UHGV virus genome: UHGV-0200095 | Reading direction: 5' to 3' (one strand) | Source of the DNA: a virus | Length of the DNA: 28,168 nucleotides | In this document: one piece after another, positions 15,769 through 25,252 of the stretch | Layout: every line of letters starts with the position of its first letter | Numbering within the stretch: position 1 is the stretch's first letter | The notes under the pieces: model-generated | What the model saw: only the letters and a program-made list of their open reading frames with translations | Database searches by the model: none | Told to the model about the DNA's origin: nothing | Translations under genes and position numbers: made by a program

Positions 15769-16923
15769 TTAACCTCTGTTGCCAGGCGCATAAACTGCAA
15801 GTTTCTTTGTTTGAGTTGCAACTGCATCATTTCCAGTGTATGTGACAAAGTCTGACGCTGTCAAACCTGTTGAGTTTGTGATAAGTTGAACCGCACGAGG
15901 TGAGAATGTTGTAAATCCGCATCTTACGAGTGGTTGAACTTGAACACCTTGCCCGCCTTGCAAATCAACAACTTTAACCTCTGAACGTCTATCAACACCA
16001 CCGGCGACGCCAAGTCCGCAAACATAAATTGCATCAAGGTTTTTGAGTGCGCCAGATGTGATTGCTGCAAGTGTTCCGTCAGCAAGTGTTTTTTGTCCGA
16101 GCCAGCCTTCAGCCAAGTCAAACAAATTTCCTGCCGAATAAACAAGTGCGCCATTGAGTTCGCCAACATAACCACGAATCATGTTAGGTGTGTATGTTGT
16201 GTCGAATGCGTCAAATGAGCCGCTTGCAATCATTTGTTGTCCAATGAAGTTGCCTGTGAATATACCTGCATTGTTCATGAGTTTGTATTGGAATGATGGA
16301 CGGATAATAACTTCGGTATCTGATGTTGGGAAAATATCATAACCATTGTCAATATCACCTTCTCCAAGGTTTGCTGCTGCTTTGTAAAAAGCGTCCATTG
16401 CTCCAGCACTTGTGTCGTCTGCTCTCTTTGTGACTTGTTTGTCAGAGAATGCATATGTGACAACTCCTCCTTCGCTTGTTGCTGAAATACCAGCATTCAA
16501 AGCGTCCGCAATAACGCTTGACAAATAGCCAAGGTTGATGAATCTTGAAATTGCTTTTGTGGTATTCATGAGAATGCTTTCAAGTAATCTTCCGCTTCCG
16601 TTGAGATTGAGTGCGTTTTGTGGCACGTCTGTTGGAGCGTCATAAACAAGTGTAAGTGGAATTGTTGCCAAATCACTTTCGATGTTGTTTTTCTTTGAGT
16701 TAAGGAATCCGCCGTTATTCAATCCAGTTTGGATGATACGTCCTGATTGCTTGCCCATTTTTGTTCTTTGAACTGTAATGTTTTCGCCGTCCAAATCTTC
16801 TGCATAGCGGAAGTCAGCGGCTTTTTGTGGAATGACGATAACGTCTTGAACCACGTTTTCACGGATAATGTTAGACGCAATTTGTTTAACTGCTACATTA
16901 TCAATTGTTGCATATCCTGCCAT
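15769..16923 (-). CDS. major capsid protein (HK97 fold presumed)
   Basis: 384 aa, strong RBS, follows scaffold and precedes terminator, RGYVGELNG motif, visibly biased codon use. Confidence 0.8.
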   Translation of the reverse strand: MAGYATIDNVAVKQIASNIIRENVVQDVIVIPQKAADFRYAEDLDGENITVQRTKMGKQSGRIIQTGLNNGGFLNSKKNNIESDLATIPLTLVYDAPTDVPQNALNLNGSGRLLESILMNTTKAISRFINLGYLSSVIADALNAGISATSEGGVVTYAFSDKQVTKRADDTSAGAMDAFYKAAANLGEGDIDNGYDIFPTSDTEVIIRPSFQYKLMNNAGIFTGNFIGQQMIASGSFDAFDTTYTPNMIRGYVGELNGALVYSAGNLFDLAEGWLGQKTLADGTLAAITSGALKNLDAIYVCGLGVAGGVDRRSEVKVVDLQGGQGVQVQPLVRCGFTTFSPRAVQLITNSTGLTASDFVTYTGNDAVATQTKKLAVYAPGNRG

Positions 16924-16948
16924 TGTTTTTTCTCCTTATTTTTTGATT

Positions 16949-17422
16949 TTACGCCTTGAAATATTTTTTCATTAGGTCTTTTGAGGTCTCTCGCATACCT
17001 TCGGTCGCGTCGTATTCGCGGCTTTCTTCGGTCCTGCCAAAGTCTTTGCGCTCTTCGTCGCGTTTTGCGGTCAAAGCGTCAAGTCTGTTCGCAATTGCTG
17101 CGATAGTGTCCTCGATTTTTGAAAAGCGGTCATCATATCCAGTGAAGCGGTCTTCATACTTGTCAGGCTCGTCGTGATATTCTTCTTTCTCGACTTCGTC
17201 AACTTTCTCTCCGATTTCTTCACTTTCCTCTTTGACCTCTTCGGCTTTTTCGTCGCGTTTCTCAGCATTGTCGGCTTTCGTTCCTTCGATTTTATCGATT
17301 TCGCGTTCGTCTTCTGCTTTTTCGGCGTCCATAATGCCTTCGCGAACTTTGCCTTTTTCTTCGTCTGATAATTTGTTATACATTTCCATAACTCTATCAA
17401 ACGGACTCTTGAAAAGTGCCAT
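16949..17422 (-). CDS. capsid scaffolding protein
   Basis: Highly E/K/D-rich helical protein immediately upstream of the capsid gene. Confidence 0.7.
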   Translation of the reverse strand: MALFKSPFDRVMEMYNKLSDEEKGKVREGIMDAEKAEDEREIDKIEGTKADNAEKRDEKAEEVKEESEEIGEKVDEVEKEEYHDEPDKYEDRFTGYDDRFSKIEDTIAAIANRLDALTAKRDEERKDFGRTEESREYDATEGMRETSKDLMKKYFKA

Positions 17423-17435
17423 TTTCTTCTCCTTT

Positions 17436-17643
17436 CAACAAGATTTTGCGGGTATGCCTACCCAAACATCCGCCCCGCCGTGCTATTTTGCTACTCATTT
17501 ACCTCAATTTTCGCGTTTAAGCATCGTTCATAAGGTTTCAGTCCACACATTTATTTTTGAGCGGTTTATGTGCAGTTTTCCGCCTCGGGGGTCATTTGGT
17601 CTTTCACGCTTGCACCCCTATAAAACGCACTGTGGCGATTTAC
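17436..17643 (-). promoter_or_regulatory. structured ~200 nt untranslated region upstream of scaffold/capsid genes
   Basis: GC-rich hairpins at ~17588-17618, 17559-17586 and 17448-17473 in an otherwise gene-dense genome. Confidence 0.5.
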
Positions 17644-17784
17644 TCATTTTTTGCGGCTTGGTTTAGACGCTTTTGCAACTACTCTCTCCATGTTCGCAAC
17701 TCCAAAAGTATACTCTCCGCCTCTTGGATGTGATTTCGGCATGTATGGTTGCATTTTTCCAGCCCTGTTTAATTTCATTGGCAT
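17644..17784 (-). CDS. small basic protein (46 aa), missed by ORF track
   Basis: MPMKLNRAGKMQPYMPKSHPRGGEYTFGVANMERVVAKASKPSRKK with GAGGTG RBS. Confidence 0.7.
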   Translation of the reverse strand: MPMKLNRAGKMQPYMPKSHPRGGEYTFGVANMERVVAKASKPSRKK

Positions 17785-17795
17785 TTCTATTCACC

Positions 17796-19343
17796 TCACT
17801 CAATTATTTCGAATTTTTCTTCGTTGACGGCGGACTCTGACGCCCGTTCTTCGTCAATTTGTCGCATTTCCTCTTCGACTTGTGCCTCTGTCCAGTTTGG
17901 ATTTTGTGACTTGATAGCCTCATATCTCGAGATTGTTCCATTTCCGATTTGTGTGTTGACGTTTTGTGTGACAACTGATTGATTTGAACTGCCCGCCTTT
18001 GTGAACTGAACGTTGACATTGTCCACATAACCATAAAATTTGAGGATTGTTTTCATCATTCGGTTAAGTTCCGGCAAGAATATGACACGCTTATTGTTGA
18101 CAAATAACACTGTGTTGCTGTCCTCACTGCTAATTTGAGTCGCCGTCACTGACACTCCGCCATTGGTTATGTCACTAAATATCGAGTTGACACTAATTCC
18201 AAGGCTTGAACAAATCATTTTTTCAACATTCTCGCGTGCTTTTGCCAGTTGCTCACTCCTCATGCTTGGAGCAAACACAATCGGCTGTTGTTCTTTGTCG
18301 CTCTTATTCGGTATTTGCGTATATACGAAGTCGTCCAACGCATTAAAATACCCTTGATTGTCTTTGCCCATTGTTCTTGGCACGATAACTTTTGAGCGGG
18401 TCGCATACACATCACTACATTGCTCACTGAAAATGAGGTCATACAAAGCCAAATAATTGATAATCTTTGCAAGACAACTCTCGCCCATTTTAATGTTTGG
18501 CATGGTTGTCAAGTATTCGGTGTATTTTATGTGATAAACGCCCAAATCAAGCAACGGCAAAGGATTTTCCTCGTTTAGCATTATGTTGCCGTAATCCGCC
18601 AAAAATTGACGCGACACGCTGCGTGGCAACTGTTCAAACTTCATGCTCGCCATTGTTGTTGGTCTTGTGAATGTATTTCCAACGCTTGCGAGCGGATATA
18701 TGCAATATCTTGCGTATGGCTTTCTAACTTCATCGCCAAACTCGTTTGTTTCGTCTTTCCAATAACGCTCTTCAACAAGTCCATACGATTGTTTTTGCTT
18801 GTCGTTGTTCGCTGATGTCGTGAAAATATTGACAAATGTTGTTGACTTGACGACATTTCCGCGACTGTCTAGGTCTACAAAGAAACGATTGCCCGCCAGT
18901 GCTTCCAGCCATAACTTATTTCCTTTGCAGTTGATTTTTAACAGCGAATTGCCAAGTTGGCACGCTTTCAACACGGAGTCCTTAATCGTTCTTTTAATCT
19001 GCATTTCGGGCTCAAGCACATTGCTAATAAAGTCAACCGCCTTTCCGTCATCGCCCTTTTTCTCGCCATTAAATATCACGCCGTCGCCGTATATTAGGTC
19101 ACTAACCTTTTGACATAAGCTCGCCGCGAATTGGCTCGGCAGTATGCCTTTTTGCTCGTTGTGGAAGTTCCGAACATATCCGAGGTTCCATTGGTCCCAC
19201 ACCCAAACATTTTGCATGTAAAAATTAAACAAATACGGACTAGCAAGCGTATAAAACGCCGTGTTGCTGGTCCAGTTGTAATATTGATTGAATGCTCGTC
19301 CAATGTGTCGATTGATTGGACAACTTTCCAATACTTCGCCCAT
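17796..19343 (-). CDS. portal protein (SPP1/A118-like)
   Basis: 515 aa. TATQI.S motif, G.ISR..AI...NP.W.E.QV.EE...I..E C-terminus, position after terminase. Confidence 0.9.
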   Translation of the reverse strand: MGEVLESCPINRHIGRAFNQYYNWTSNTAFYTLASPYLFNFYMQNVWVWDQWNLGYVRNFHNEQKGILPSQFAASLCQKVSDLIYGDGVIFNGEKKGDDGKAVDFISNVLEPEMQIKRTIKDSVLKACQLGNSLLKINCKGNKLWLEALAGNRFFVDLDSRGNVVKSTTFVNIFTTSANNDKQKQSYGLVEERYWKDETNEFGDEVRKPYARYCIYPLASVGNTFTRPTTMASMKFEQLPRSVSRQFLADYGNIMLNEENPLPLLDLGVYHIKYTEYLTTMPNIKMGESCLAKIINYLALYDLIFSEQCSDVYATRSKVIVPRTMGKDNQGYFNALDDFVYTQIPNKSDKEQQPIVFAPSMRSEQLAKARENVEKMICSSLGISVNSIFSDITNGGVSVTATQISSEDSNTVLFVNNKRVIFLPELNRMMKTILKFYGYVDNVNVQFTKAGSSNQSVVTQNVNTQIGNGTISRYEAIKSQNPNWTEAQVEEEMRQIDEERASESAVNEEKFEIIE

Positions 19344-19355
19344 GATGCCCCCTTG

Positions 19356-19775
19356 TTATTTGTTTTCGCTCTCCGCGTGCTTGTCTTGCATCTCTTTGAG
19401 CCTTTTAACCTCTTTATTTGCCCACGCCTGCAACTTTTGTGCGTTTGTGACCTTCAAGATGTCCACAACGTCGAGCAAGTTTGTGTTGACGGCGGACAAC
19501 ATATTGAATATCGTTCCGAGCCCTTGTGCCAACACTCGCATATTAAATAACATTTCGTCTGGCGTTTGCTTGATAAAGTCTTCTACAAACGCAACAAGGC
19601 GTTTGTTGTATTCGTCCAGGCTTTCCTTGGTTTCGTCAAACGGATTTTCCGCTTGCCAGCGTTTCGCCTGCTCGATTGCTATACGCTCTTGGCTTTCAAC
19701 AAAGCGCTTGTTATAATCTTCCGCTTTTTCGCCTGCAATCTTCTTGATTTGTTCCAAAATTTCGCTTTCTTCCAT
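19356..19775 (-). CDS. hypothetical helical protein between terminase and portal
   Basis: 139 aa with AAAGGAG RBS. Confidence 0.8.
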   Translation of the reverse strand: MEESEILEQIKKIAGEKAEDYNKRFVESQERIAIEQAKRWQAENPFDETKESLDEYNKRLVAFVEDFIKQTPDEMLFNMRVLAQGLGTIFNMLSAVNTNLLDVVDILKVTNAQKLQAWANKEVKRLKEMQDKHAESENK

Positions 19776-19786
19776 GTTTATCTCCT

Positions 19787-21136
19787 TTATGTTTGTGGCT
19801 CCGTGACCATGTCTTCAACGCGGTAGTAATACGCAATCGCATACCTTAACGCATCAAAACTGTCGTTCGGGTCTTCGGGGTCAAGTTCCAAAGTCTCCAA
19901 GACCGCATTTTTCTTTTCACGTATCTTGACGCTCTGCAATTCTTCCACCAGTGGATATGTGTCCGTTTGCCTCTGCAACTCGTAATCGTATATCCCTTGC
20001 CCATAGTCTACAATATGACATTGGTTTTTTGCAAACAAATTGTTCATTATGTCCAATGTTCGCCTGATTGATTTTTGCGTCATCTTGACGACCAGCCAAC
20101 CTTGTGGCTCATATTCATAGCACAATTGCAAATACATGTCTGTCGCCGCACAGTCCACCAGCATTATCTTGTCGATATATGGGTTGTTCTTAATTGGTAT
20201 TGTGTCAGTCGAAAACAACCAGTTCAAATGCTTGCGAATGTGTGCGATTTGCTCCGCATTGGATAATGCACGGCTCGTCTTTGGGTTGTGTGCGAATTGC
20301 TTTAATACGAGTGAGTTCCCATCGCCGTCAAACAAAACCGGCACGCCCGCCGTCATATCGTTAGCATTGGCTGGGTCGACTGCGAAAATAAGCGTTTGTG
20401 CGTTCCTAACCCATGCAGCCGTGTCTATGTCTTGAATTGGCACATAATGCACCGCACTATCAAAAGCAAAGCAAGCAAGCCCGTCCGTATTGACCCACTC
20501 GCCAAGAATAAAACGCTTGTAAAATGTTATGTTGTTCTTAAAACTCAATTTGAGGTTCTCAACAACTGACGGCGGTAAACGCGGATTGTCGTCTATGGTC
20601 CAGTGGATAACCGCCTTATTGCCCGCAGACTTGTCGTCAATAAACTTCTTCGCAAAGTGGTTCGGACTGCTTGGGTTCATGCTATATACCGCCTGATAGT
20701 TCTCTTGGTCCAAACGCGTGAGCAGCATCAAATGAAAACTCTCAGGAGCAAGCGTCAACTCGTCCACAATCGCCAATCCTAAACTCATGCCCTGTAATCT
20801 TCCAGCCGCCGAATTATCATTGAATGCCACAAGCCAGCATACTTTGCCAAACAACGTGACCTCTTTCTTATTCTTGACCTGACCCACATATTTTGCCCCG
20901 TATATTTGCCTCAAAGGTCCAAGTATGTTTCGCTCAATGTTCGCCAGCGTCTTGGCACTGATTAGAATGTTTTGATTTCGATGTTCGTGAATTAACAGCG
21001 GAGTTGCAAACAATATCGACCACGTTTTGCCACTACGCACCGCACCAGTTAGGCAAGTAATGTGGTTCTCCATAATCGTGTCGATTGCGTCCCATTGCTT
21101 GGCGGTGGGGTTTAGCACCTTCAATGATTCAGCCAC
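19787..21136 (-). CDS. terL: terminase large subunit (PBSX-like)
   Basis: GAVRSGKT Walker A, AIVDE Walker B, MNP coupling motif, nuclease VDPA...ND.FDALRY. GTG 21136 preferred as start (AGGGAG RBS). Confidence 0.95.
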   Translation of the reverse strand: MAESLKVLNPTAKQWDAIDTIMENHITCLTGAVRSGKTWSILFATPLLIHEHRNQNILISAKTLANIERNILGPLRQIYGAKYVGQVKNKKEVTLFGKVCWLVAFNDNSAAGRLQGMSLGLAIVDELTLAPESFHLMLLTRLDQENYQAVYSMNPSSPNHFAKKFIDDKSAGNKAVIHWTIDDNPRLPPSVVENLKLSFKNNITFYKRFILGEWVNTDGLACFAFDSAVHYVPIQDIDTAAWVRNAQTLIFAVDPANANDMTAGVPVLFDGDGNSLVLKQFAHNPKTSRALSNAEQIAHIRKHLNWLFSTDTIPIKNNPYIDKIMLVDCAATDMYLQLCYEYEPQGWLVVKMTQKSIRRTLDIMNNLFAKNQCHIVDYGQGIYDYELQRQTDTYPLVEELQSVKIREKKNAVLETLELDPEDPNDSFDALRYAIAYYYRVEDMVTEPQT

Positions 21137-21557
21137 GCTTTCGCTCCCTGAATGCTTGTGCCATCTTTGCTGCGAACTCGTCGCCGTCTTTATCCTCAAC
21201 AACAAAGTCCTTTTGTCCAAGCCATTGGCGTCCGAGCCATATCAACATCGTGACATTGCCCTTTTGTGCGACCTTCCACTGTTCCCGCCTTAAACTTTGC
21301 CGTCCTTGGCTCTGTCCTTTTTTTATTGCCTGTCGAAAGTTTTCGGCATTATCTTCGGTATAAAACAAATCACGGCTACACCCCAGTATATCCGCGATTT
21401 CCTCGTCCGTGCACATAATTCGAGCCAAATTCTCAATCAAAGACACAGCCTCGGGGGTGAGGACTTTCTTTCTACTTCCTCTCTTTCCCGTTGGCTTTTT
21501 CTCGAAAAATACATTGACCTTAATCTTCTTGCCTTCAGTGTCTTCGACTTCTGCCAT
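21129..21557 (-). CDS. terS: terminase small subunit
   Basis: HTH CTDEEIADILGCS, GNVTMLIWLG.Q.LGQKD motif, overlaps terL start. ATG 21557 with GAGGTGG RBS. Confidence 0.8.
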   Translation of the reverse strand: MAEVEDTEGKKIKVNVFFEKKPTGKRGSRKKVLTPEAVSLIENLARIMCTDEEIADILGCSRDLFYTEDNAENFRQAIKKGQSQGRQSLRREQWKVAQKGNVTMLIWLGRQWLGQKDFVVEDKDGDEFAAKMAQAFRERKRG

Positions 21558-21578
21558 TTCCACCACCTCTACAAGTCG

Positions 21579-21607
21579 ATTATAACTCCATTTGTGGGCA
21601 TCTGCAA
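21579..21607 (-). promoter_or_regulatory. putative late promoter
   Basis: TTGCAG, 17 nt spacer, TATAAT just upstream of the terS RBS. Confidence 0.6.
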
Positions 21608-22005
21608 CCGTTTTGCCTATATCTCGAATATTCGTCACGCTCCTCGTTCTTAATCGATTCAGCTTTTCGTCTTGACAGGTGATATTTTGCTGCAACTTGT
21701 TTGGTAGTCATTGCTCTATGTTTAACGACTTTTCGGACAAACTCCTCATCTTCAAAAGCGAAGCAGTCCTTTTCCCGTGCCGGAAATATGTCGATTAGAT
21801 ATACGTTAAAGTTCCCAATACGCACCATTCCCTCCGCCTCAATGTTCTTGCGGGACGGCGACATTTGCCACACATAACGCTGCTTTAACTTGTGCTTTGT
21901 TAATGCCGCCAACTCTTTTGCGTTGTCACAAACGTCAACTATGACGTCATTATCGTCATATATCGCGAACATACATCTATTCTTGAAAAATCTATCAAAC
22001 TCCAT
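21580..22005 (-). CDS. hypothetical protein, possible DNA-binding
   Basis: ORF in operon with HTH-like segments NAKELAAL and TTKQVAAKYHLS. Start uncertain (22005 or 22014). Confidence 0.65.
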   Translation of the reverse strand: MEFDRFFKNRCMFAIYDDNDVIVDVCDNAKELAALTKHKLKQRYVWQMSPSRKNIEAEGMVRIGNFNVYLIDIFPAREKDCFAFEDEEFVRKVVKHRAMTTKQVAAKYHLSRRKAESIKNEERDEYSRYRQNGCRCPQMEL

Positions 22006-22026
22006 AACGACCACCCTTTGACTGTT

Positions 22027-22320
22027 TTAGCCGAGCCTTATTTGCTCGACCGCCGTCTTAACAAAATTCAACGGTGTATCTTTGCAACCAGCGGACTTTA
22101 ATGCATATCTGACGTTTTGCTCAACACAACGTATTGTCGTGCTGTCAGCCTTTGCTAACGGCGTAAAAACATCCGCCTTCAATCTTACACGATGACCTTT
22201 GACCTTATCTGCAATCAATATCCCATCAACCAAAAGACGAAAGCCGTCCAATTTTGGCGAGATATGTCGCGACAAGACATATTTGATTGTTTTTTTTCTT
22301 TTTTGAACTTTTGTATTCAT
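22027..22320 (-). CDS. Spo0A C-terminal (effector) domain-like protein
   Basis: ISPKLDGFRLL..GI, VFTPLAK..STT...VEQNVRYAL, TPLNFV parallel the Spo0A_C pattern. No receiver domain. Confidence 0.7.
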   Translation of the reverse strand: MNTKVQKRKKTIKYVLSRHISPKLDGFRLLVDGILIADKVKGHRVRLKADVFTPLAKADSTTIRCVEQNVRYALKSAGCKDTPLNFVKTAVEQIRLG

Positions 22321-22979
22321 AGACTCTCCTTTTTTATCATTTCGAAAATATTCATTTGTGCTTTTTCTTTTTCCAACCGCAATAACCCTTTATTGAAATA
22401 TTCCTTATCAATTTCTGAGCCGATAAAATGGCGCTGCAGTTTGTGACAGGCGACCGCTGTCGTAAACGACCCCATAAAAGGGTCAAATATAATTTCGCCT
22501 TCTTTTGTAAATTGATTTATGCAATACTCTATGACTTGAAGCGGTTTTTGTGTTGGATGAAATCTTTTTTCACTTCCTACATTTGGAAAGCAAGTAATAA
22601 TTTTTGATGAGCGTTCACTGCTCGTCCATGCCATTTCAATCTGTGCAAAACTCATTTTGTCACTGATTTTTTTATCCCACACAATCCAACATGGACTTGG
22701 GTTTAAATAATCTGTATAATAATTTCCTCCCCAAATGATTTGATTTTTGCTGACTTGAAACATAAGGTCAAAATATTCTTTTGAAATACGAGATTTATCC
22801 CAATTGGCTTTCTTGTAATCACTTGGAGCGCAGCCTTTTCTTCGCCCCATATTGTTATTGACGCTTATTCCATAGGGGGGGTCAGTTATAAGCCAATCAA
22901 CACATATTTTTTGTTTAACCATTTCACGCATCAATTCAATGCAATCAACATTATAAACAGCGTCTAATTGTATGTTCAT
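22317..22979 (-). CDS. N6-adenine/N4-cytosine DNA methyltransferase (beta class)
   Basis: TDPPY, HPTQKP and DPFMGS motifs. Confidence 0.95.
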   Translation of the reverse strand: MNIQLDAVYNVDCIELMREMVKQKICVDWLITDPPYGISVNNNMGRRKGCAPSDYKKANWDKSRISKEYFDLMFQVSKNQIIWGGNYYTDYLNPSPCWIVWDKKISDKMSFAQIEMAWTSSERSSKIITCFPNVGSEKRFHPTQKPLQVIEYCINQFTKEGEIIFDPFMGSFTTAVACHKLQRHFIGSEIDKEYFNKGLLRLEKEKAQMNIFEMIKKESL

Positions 22980-22988
22980 AACCCCTCC

Positions 22989-23609
22989 TTATTTCTTTTC
23001 AGCAAACCACGTCAAAATGTTAATTAACTTTTCGCCTACATTCTCGCGAGTACAAAATCGAAAGTAAACCGCAAACCCTTCGCCATATCTTCCAGGCGTC
23101 GACATCGTTTGCAATATCTTTTTCAAAACTCGACCCTCGACCTTGACATAAGGCTCTCCCGCATGATGATATATCTCTTTTAGTGGTTCGCCATTCGCTC
23201 CAATCACAGGATTGCCTTGCTTATCCAAAATGGGGCGATATATGTCATTTTTGTAGACGGGCGACTTCCACTTATCCAAATCCTCAATGCTTTTTATGTC
23301 GTCATATGGCGACACTATCAAAAAGCAAATTTCGCCGCCAAATTGTGCACAGTGCTTGATTTCGTCTGTAAAGCGTTCATGCTCTTTCTTATTGCCCCAC
23401 ACATTGCCGGCAATTTCGGTTATGCCGTCACCGCTGCTTTTAACGTCCACCGCACACAAAATGTTATCACTAAAAGCAAAATCGCCCCATGCAAGTTTAT
23501 AGCAATTCTTCTTATCCCTTACGACCTCATATCCCAACGCACGAATTTGGTCGCAAACGAAGTCGTCAATCTGATTGCGGGTGTCAGGAATGATTTTTCG
23601 TGGCTTCAT
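22989..23609 (-). CDS. ERCC4-like PD-(D/E)xK nuclease (putative resolvase)
   Basis: DTR.Q, KL.WGDF, VDVKS, HERF..EI motifs typical of phage ERCC4-domain proteins. Confidence 0.75.
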   Translation of the reverse strand: MKPRKIIPDTRNQIDDFVCDQIRALGYEVVRDKKNCYKLAWGDFAFSDNILCAVDVKSSGDGITEIAGNVWGNKKEHERFTDEIKHCAQFGGEICFLIVSPYDDIKSIEDLDKWKSPVYKNDIYRPILDKQGNPVIGANGEPLKEIYHHAGEPYVKVEGRVLKKILQTMSTPGRYGEGFAVYFRFCTRENVGEKLINILTWFAEKK

Positions 23610-24421
23610 TGAGCCCCCTGAAGATCCGAGAACGTCATTTGTTGTGGAATGTTAGATAGCATTTTCTCGACCGCTGCTTTGTAAAAATTTTTTTTGATTT
23701 CAAACCCATAACAATTTCTATTTAGTTCGGCGCATGCCCTTAATGTTGACCCACTGCCCGCGCAAGGGTCTATTACAACATCTCCCTCATCTGTGAATAT
23801 CTTAATTATGGTTTTGAGCAAATTAACTGGCTTTTGCGTTGGATGGATTTTTGGATATTCTTTTGAATTGTCGCGCTTCCACTCAAACCAGTTAAATATC
23901 ATCCTCCCTCTTCCGAACTCGTCAACATTCCTAAACTTTGGAAGCTTGTCGCGATATAAAACAACCGCATATTCAGTCGCGCCCACAATTTTCATATTCG
24001 CTTTCAACACTTGCGCAGAATAGTTTTTGACAAACACGAGAGGATAGTTGTGCAACAAACCGTGCTTCCTGCCCTCTTCAACAACAAGAGGAATTTGCTC
24101 AAAGGCACAAAAGACAATCATGGCTGGAGCACTCCCGCTTTTGCCTCGCTCAATCTTCTCTGTAGGCTCCTTTTTTAGGTATCTTGTGCAAAAATCAAAG
24201 AAGTTATTTATTTTGAAGTCGTTATCGGTGTCAAAGAAGCTTTTCCCTGCAAGTTTACTTTCGCCATTTCTATTATCTCCATCGACATACCATGACGGAT
24301 TGCTTGCATATGCGTTGTTTCCAAGATTATACGGAATATCTGCAATTATTAATTGTGCGTGTGGGATTCCGTATCTTTTTGCATTTTCAAAATGGTCATT
24401 ATATAATTCAACTTTGCTCAT
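23606..24421 (-). CDS. N6-adenine/N4-cytosine DNA methyltransferase (beta class)
   Basis: ADIPY, HPTQKP and DPCAGSGST motifs. ATG 24421 overlaps the upstream stop. Confidence 0.95.
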   Translation of the reverse strand: MSKVELYNDHFENAKRYGIPHAQLIIADIPYNLGNNAYASNPSWYVDGDNRNGESKLAGKSFFDTDNDFKINNFFDFCTRYLKKEPTEKIERGKSGSAPAMIVFCAFEQIPLVVEEGRKHGLLHNYPLVFVKNYSAQVLKANMKIVGATEYAVVLYRDKLPKFRNVDEFGRGRMIFNWFEWKRDNSKEYPKIHPTQKPVNLLKTIIKIFTDEGDVVIDPCAGSGSTLRACAELNRNCYGFEIKKNFYKAAVEKMLSNIPQQMTFSDLQGAQ

Positions 24422-24930
24422 TTTGCCGTCCTCCATAGTGATTTCATTTCCGCAAGTTGTTGCGGCGTTTTAGTCTCAATTCCCAACTGCTTGGCGTCTT
24501 GCACGGTTCCGTCAATCAATCGTGCCATTTCCTTGCTGTTAAGTGTGTGCGTGTGCTTGTATAACAAATACTTGTCCTTCTTAACCCCATTGTCTTCAAT
24601 CGTGCCATACCACTTGGCATACGGGTAGAACTGCGTTATGTCTTCGCCCTCTGGAATTTGGACGGCAAACTTCTTTCCGTCACTCATTTCGGCAACCGCT
24701 CCAAATTCCAAAACAAGGCTTTTCTTGACCTCTTCGTTTCCGAGGTTGAGTTTTGCTGCAATCTTATTCACTAGAACGTGGAAGTATGCGTTTGCGTCAA
24801 GGCTCCTGGTTTCACGATGTTGCTTGATTTCACAGTCAAACGTTTTGCCGTCTTTGATTTTTTGCGAAACTTCAAGCAACCATGATTGCACTTTCAAAAT
24901 ATCTTGATTGGTTTTGATTAACGTCTCCAT
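24418..24930 (-). CDS. NinB-like recombination protein
   Basis: RSLDANAYFH and THTLNSKEMARLIDG....A..LGI motifs. Confidence 0.8.
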   Translation of the reverse strand: METLIKTNQDILKVQSWLLEVSQKIKDGKTFDCEIKQHRETRSLDANAYFHVLVNKIAAKLNLGNEEVKKSLVLEFGAVAEMSDGKKFAVQIPEGEDITQFYPYAKWYGTIEDNGVKKDKYLLYKHTHTLNSKEMARLIDGTVQDAKQLGIETKTPQQLAEMKSLWRTAK

Positions 24931-25218
24931 TCAGCCCTCCCATTCTTCAAATGCTTGGTCCTTAAAATAATCTTTAAGCATGTCGTTATAATCCATGCCT
25001 TCCTCTACTGCGTCCCACAAATCAAGTTCGTCGATAAAATTCTCGACAAGTGCTTTTTTCGATTCTTCGGTTTTTTTGTCATCATTTTTGTCTTTGAAAA
25101 ATTCATTATACGCAATGTCTATAATCGCGTTTTGCTTTGCCTTCCATGACGGCTCAAAGTCAAAAGACTCACAACTATATTCTCCTGATTCATATTCATA
25201 AGTGTATTGATTTGCCAT
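24931..25218 (-). CDS. acidic hypothetical protein, first gene after class A promoter
   Basis: Start reassigned to ATG 25218 (AAAGGGAG RBS) because the upstream extension overlaps the promoter. Confidence 0.8.
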   Translation of the reverse strand: MANQYTYEYESGEYSCESFDFEPSWKAKQNAIIDIAYNEFFKDKNDDKKTEESKKALVENFIDELDLWDAVEEGMDYNDMLKDYFKDQAFEEWEG

Positions 25219-25252
25219 TTTTTCATTTCTCCCTTTCTTTAATTTCTTAATC

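Noticed and set aside
19787..21695. Long N-terminal extensions of terL and terS given by the ORF track
   Set aside because: They overlap upstream genes; RBS-supported starts at 21136 and 21557 fit better.
22317..24421. Restriction-modification system (MTase-nuclease-MTase)
   Set aside because: The nuclease motifs fit the phage ERCC4-like family that commonly accompanies NinB, and the MTases resemble orphan phage enzymes. Not fully excluded.
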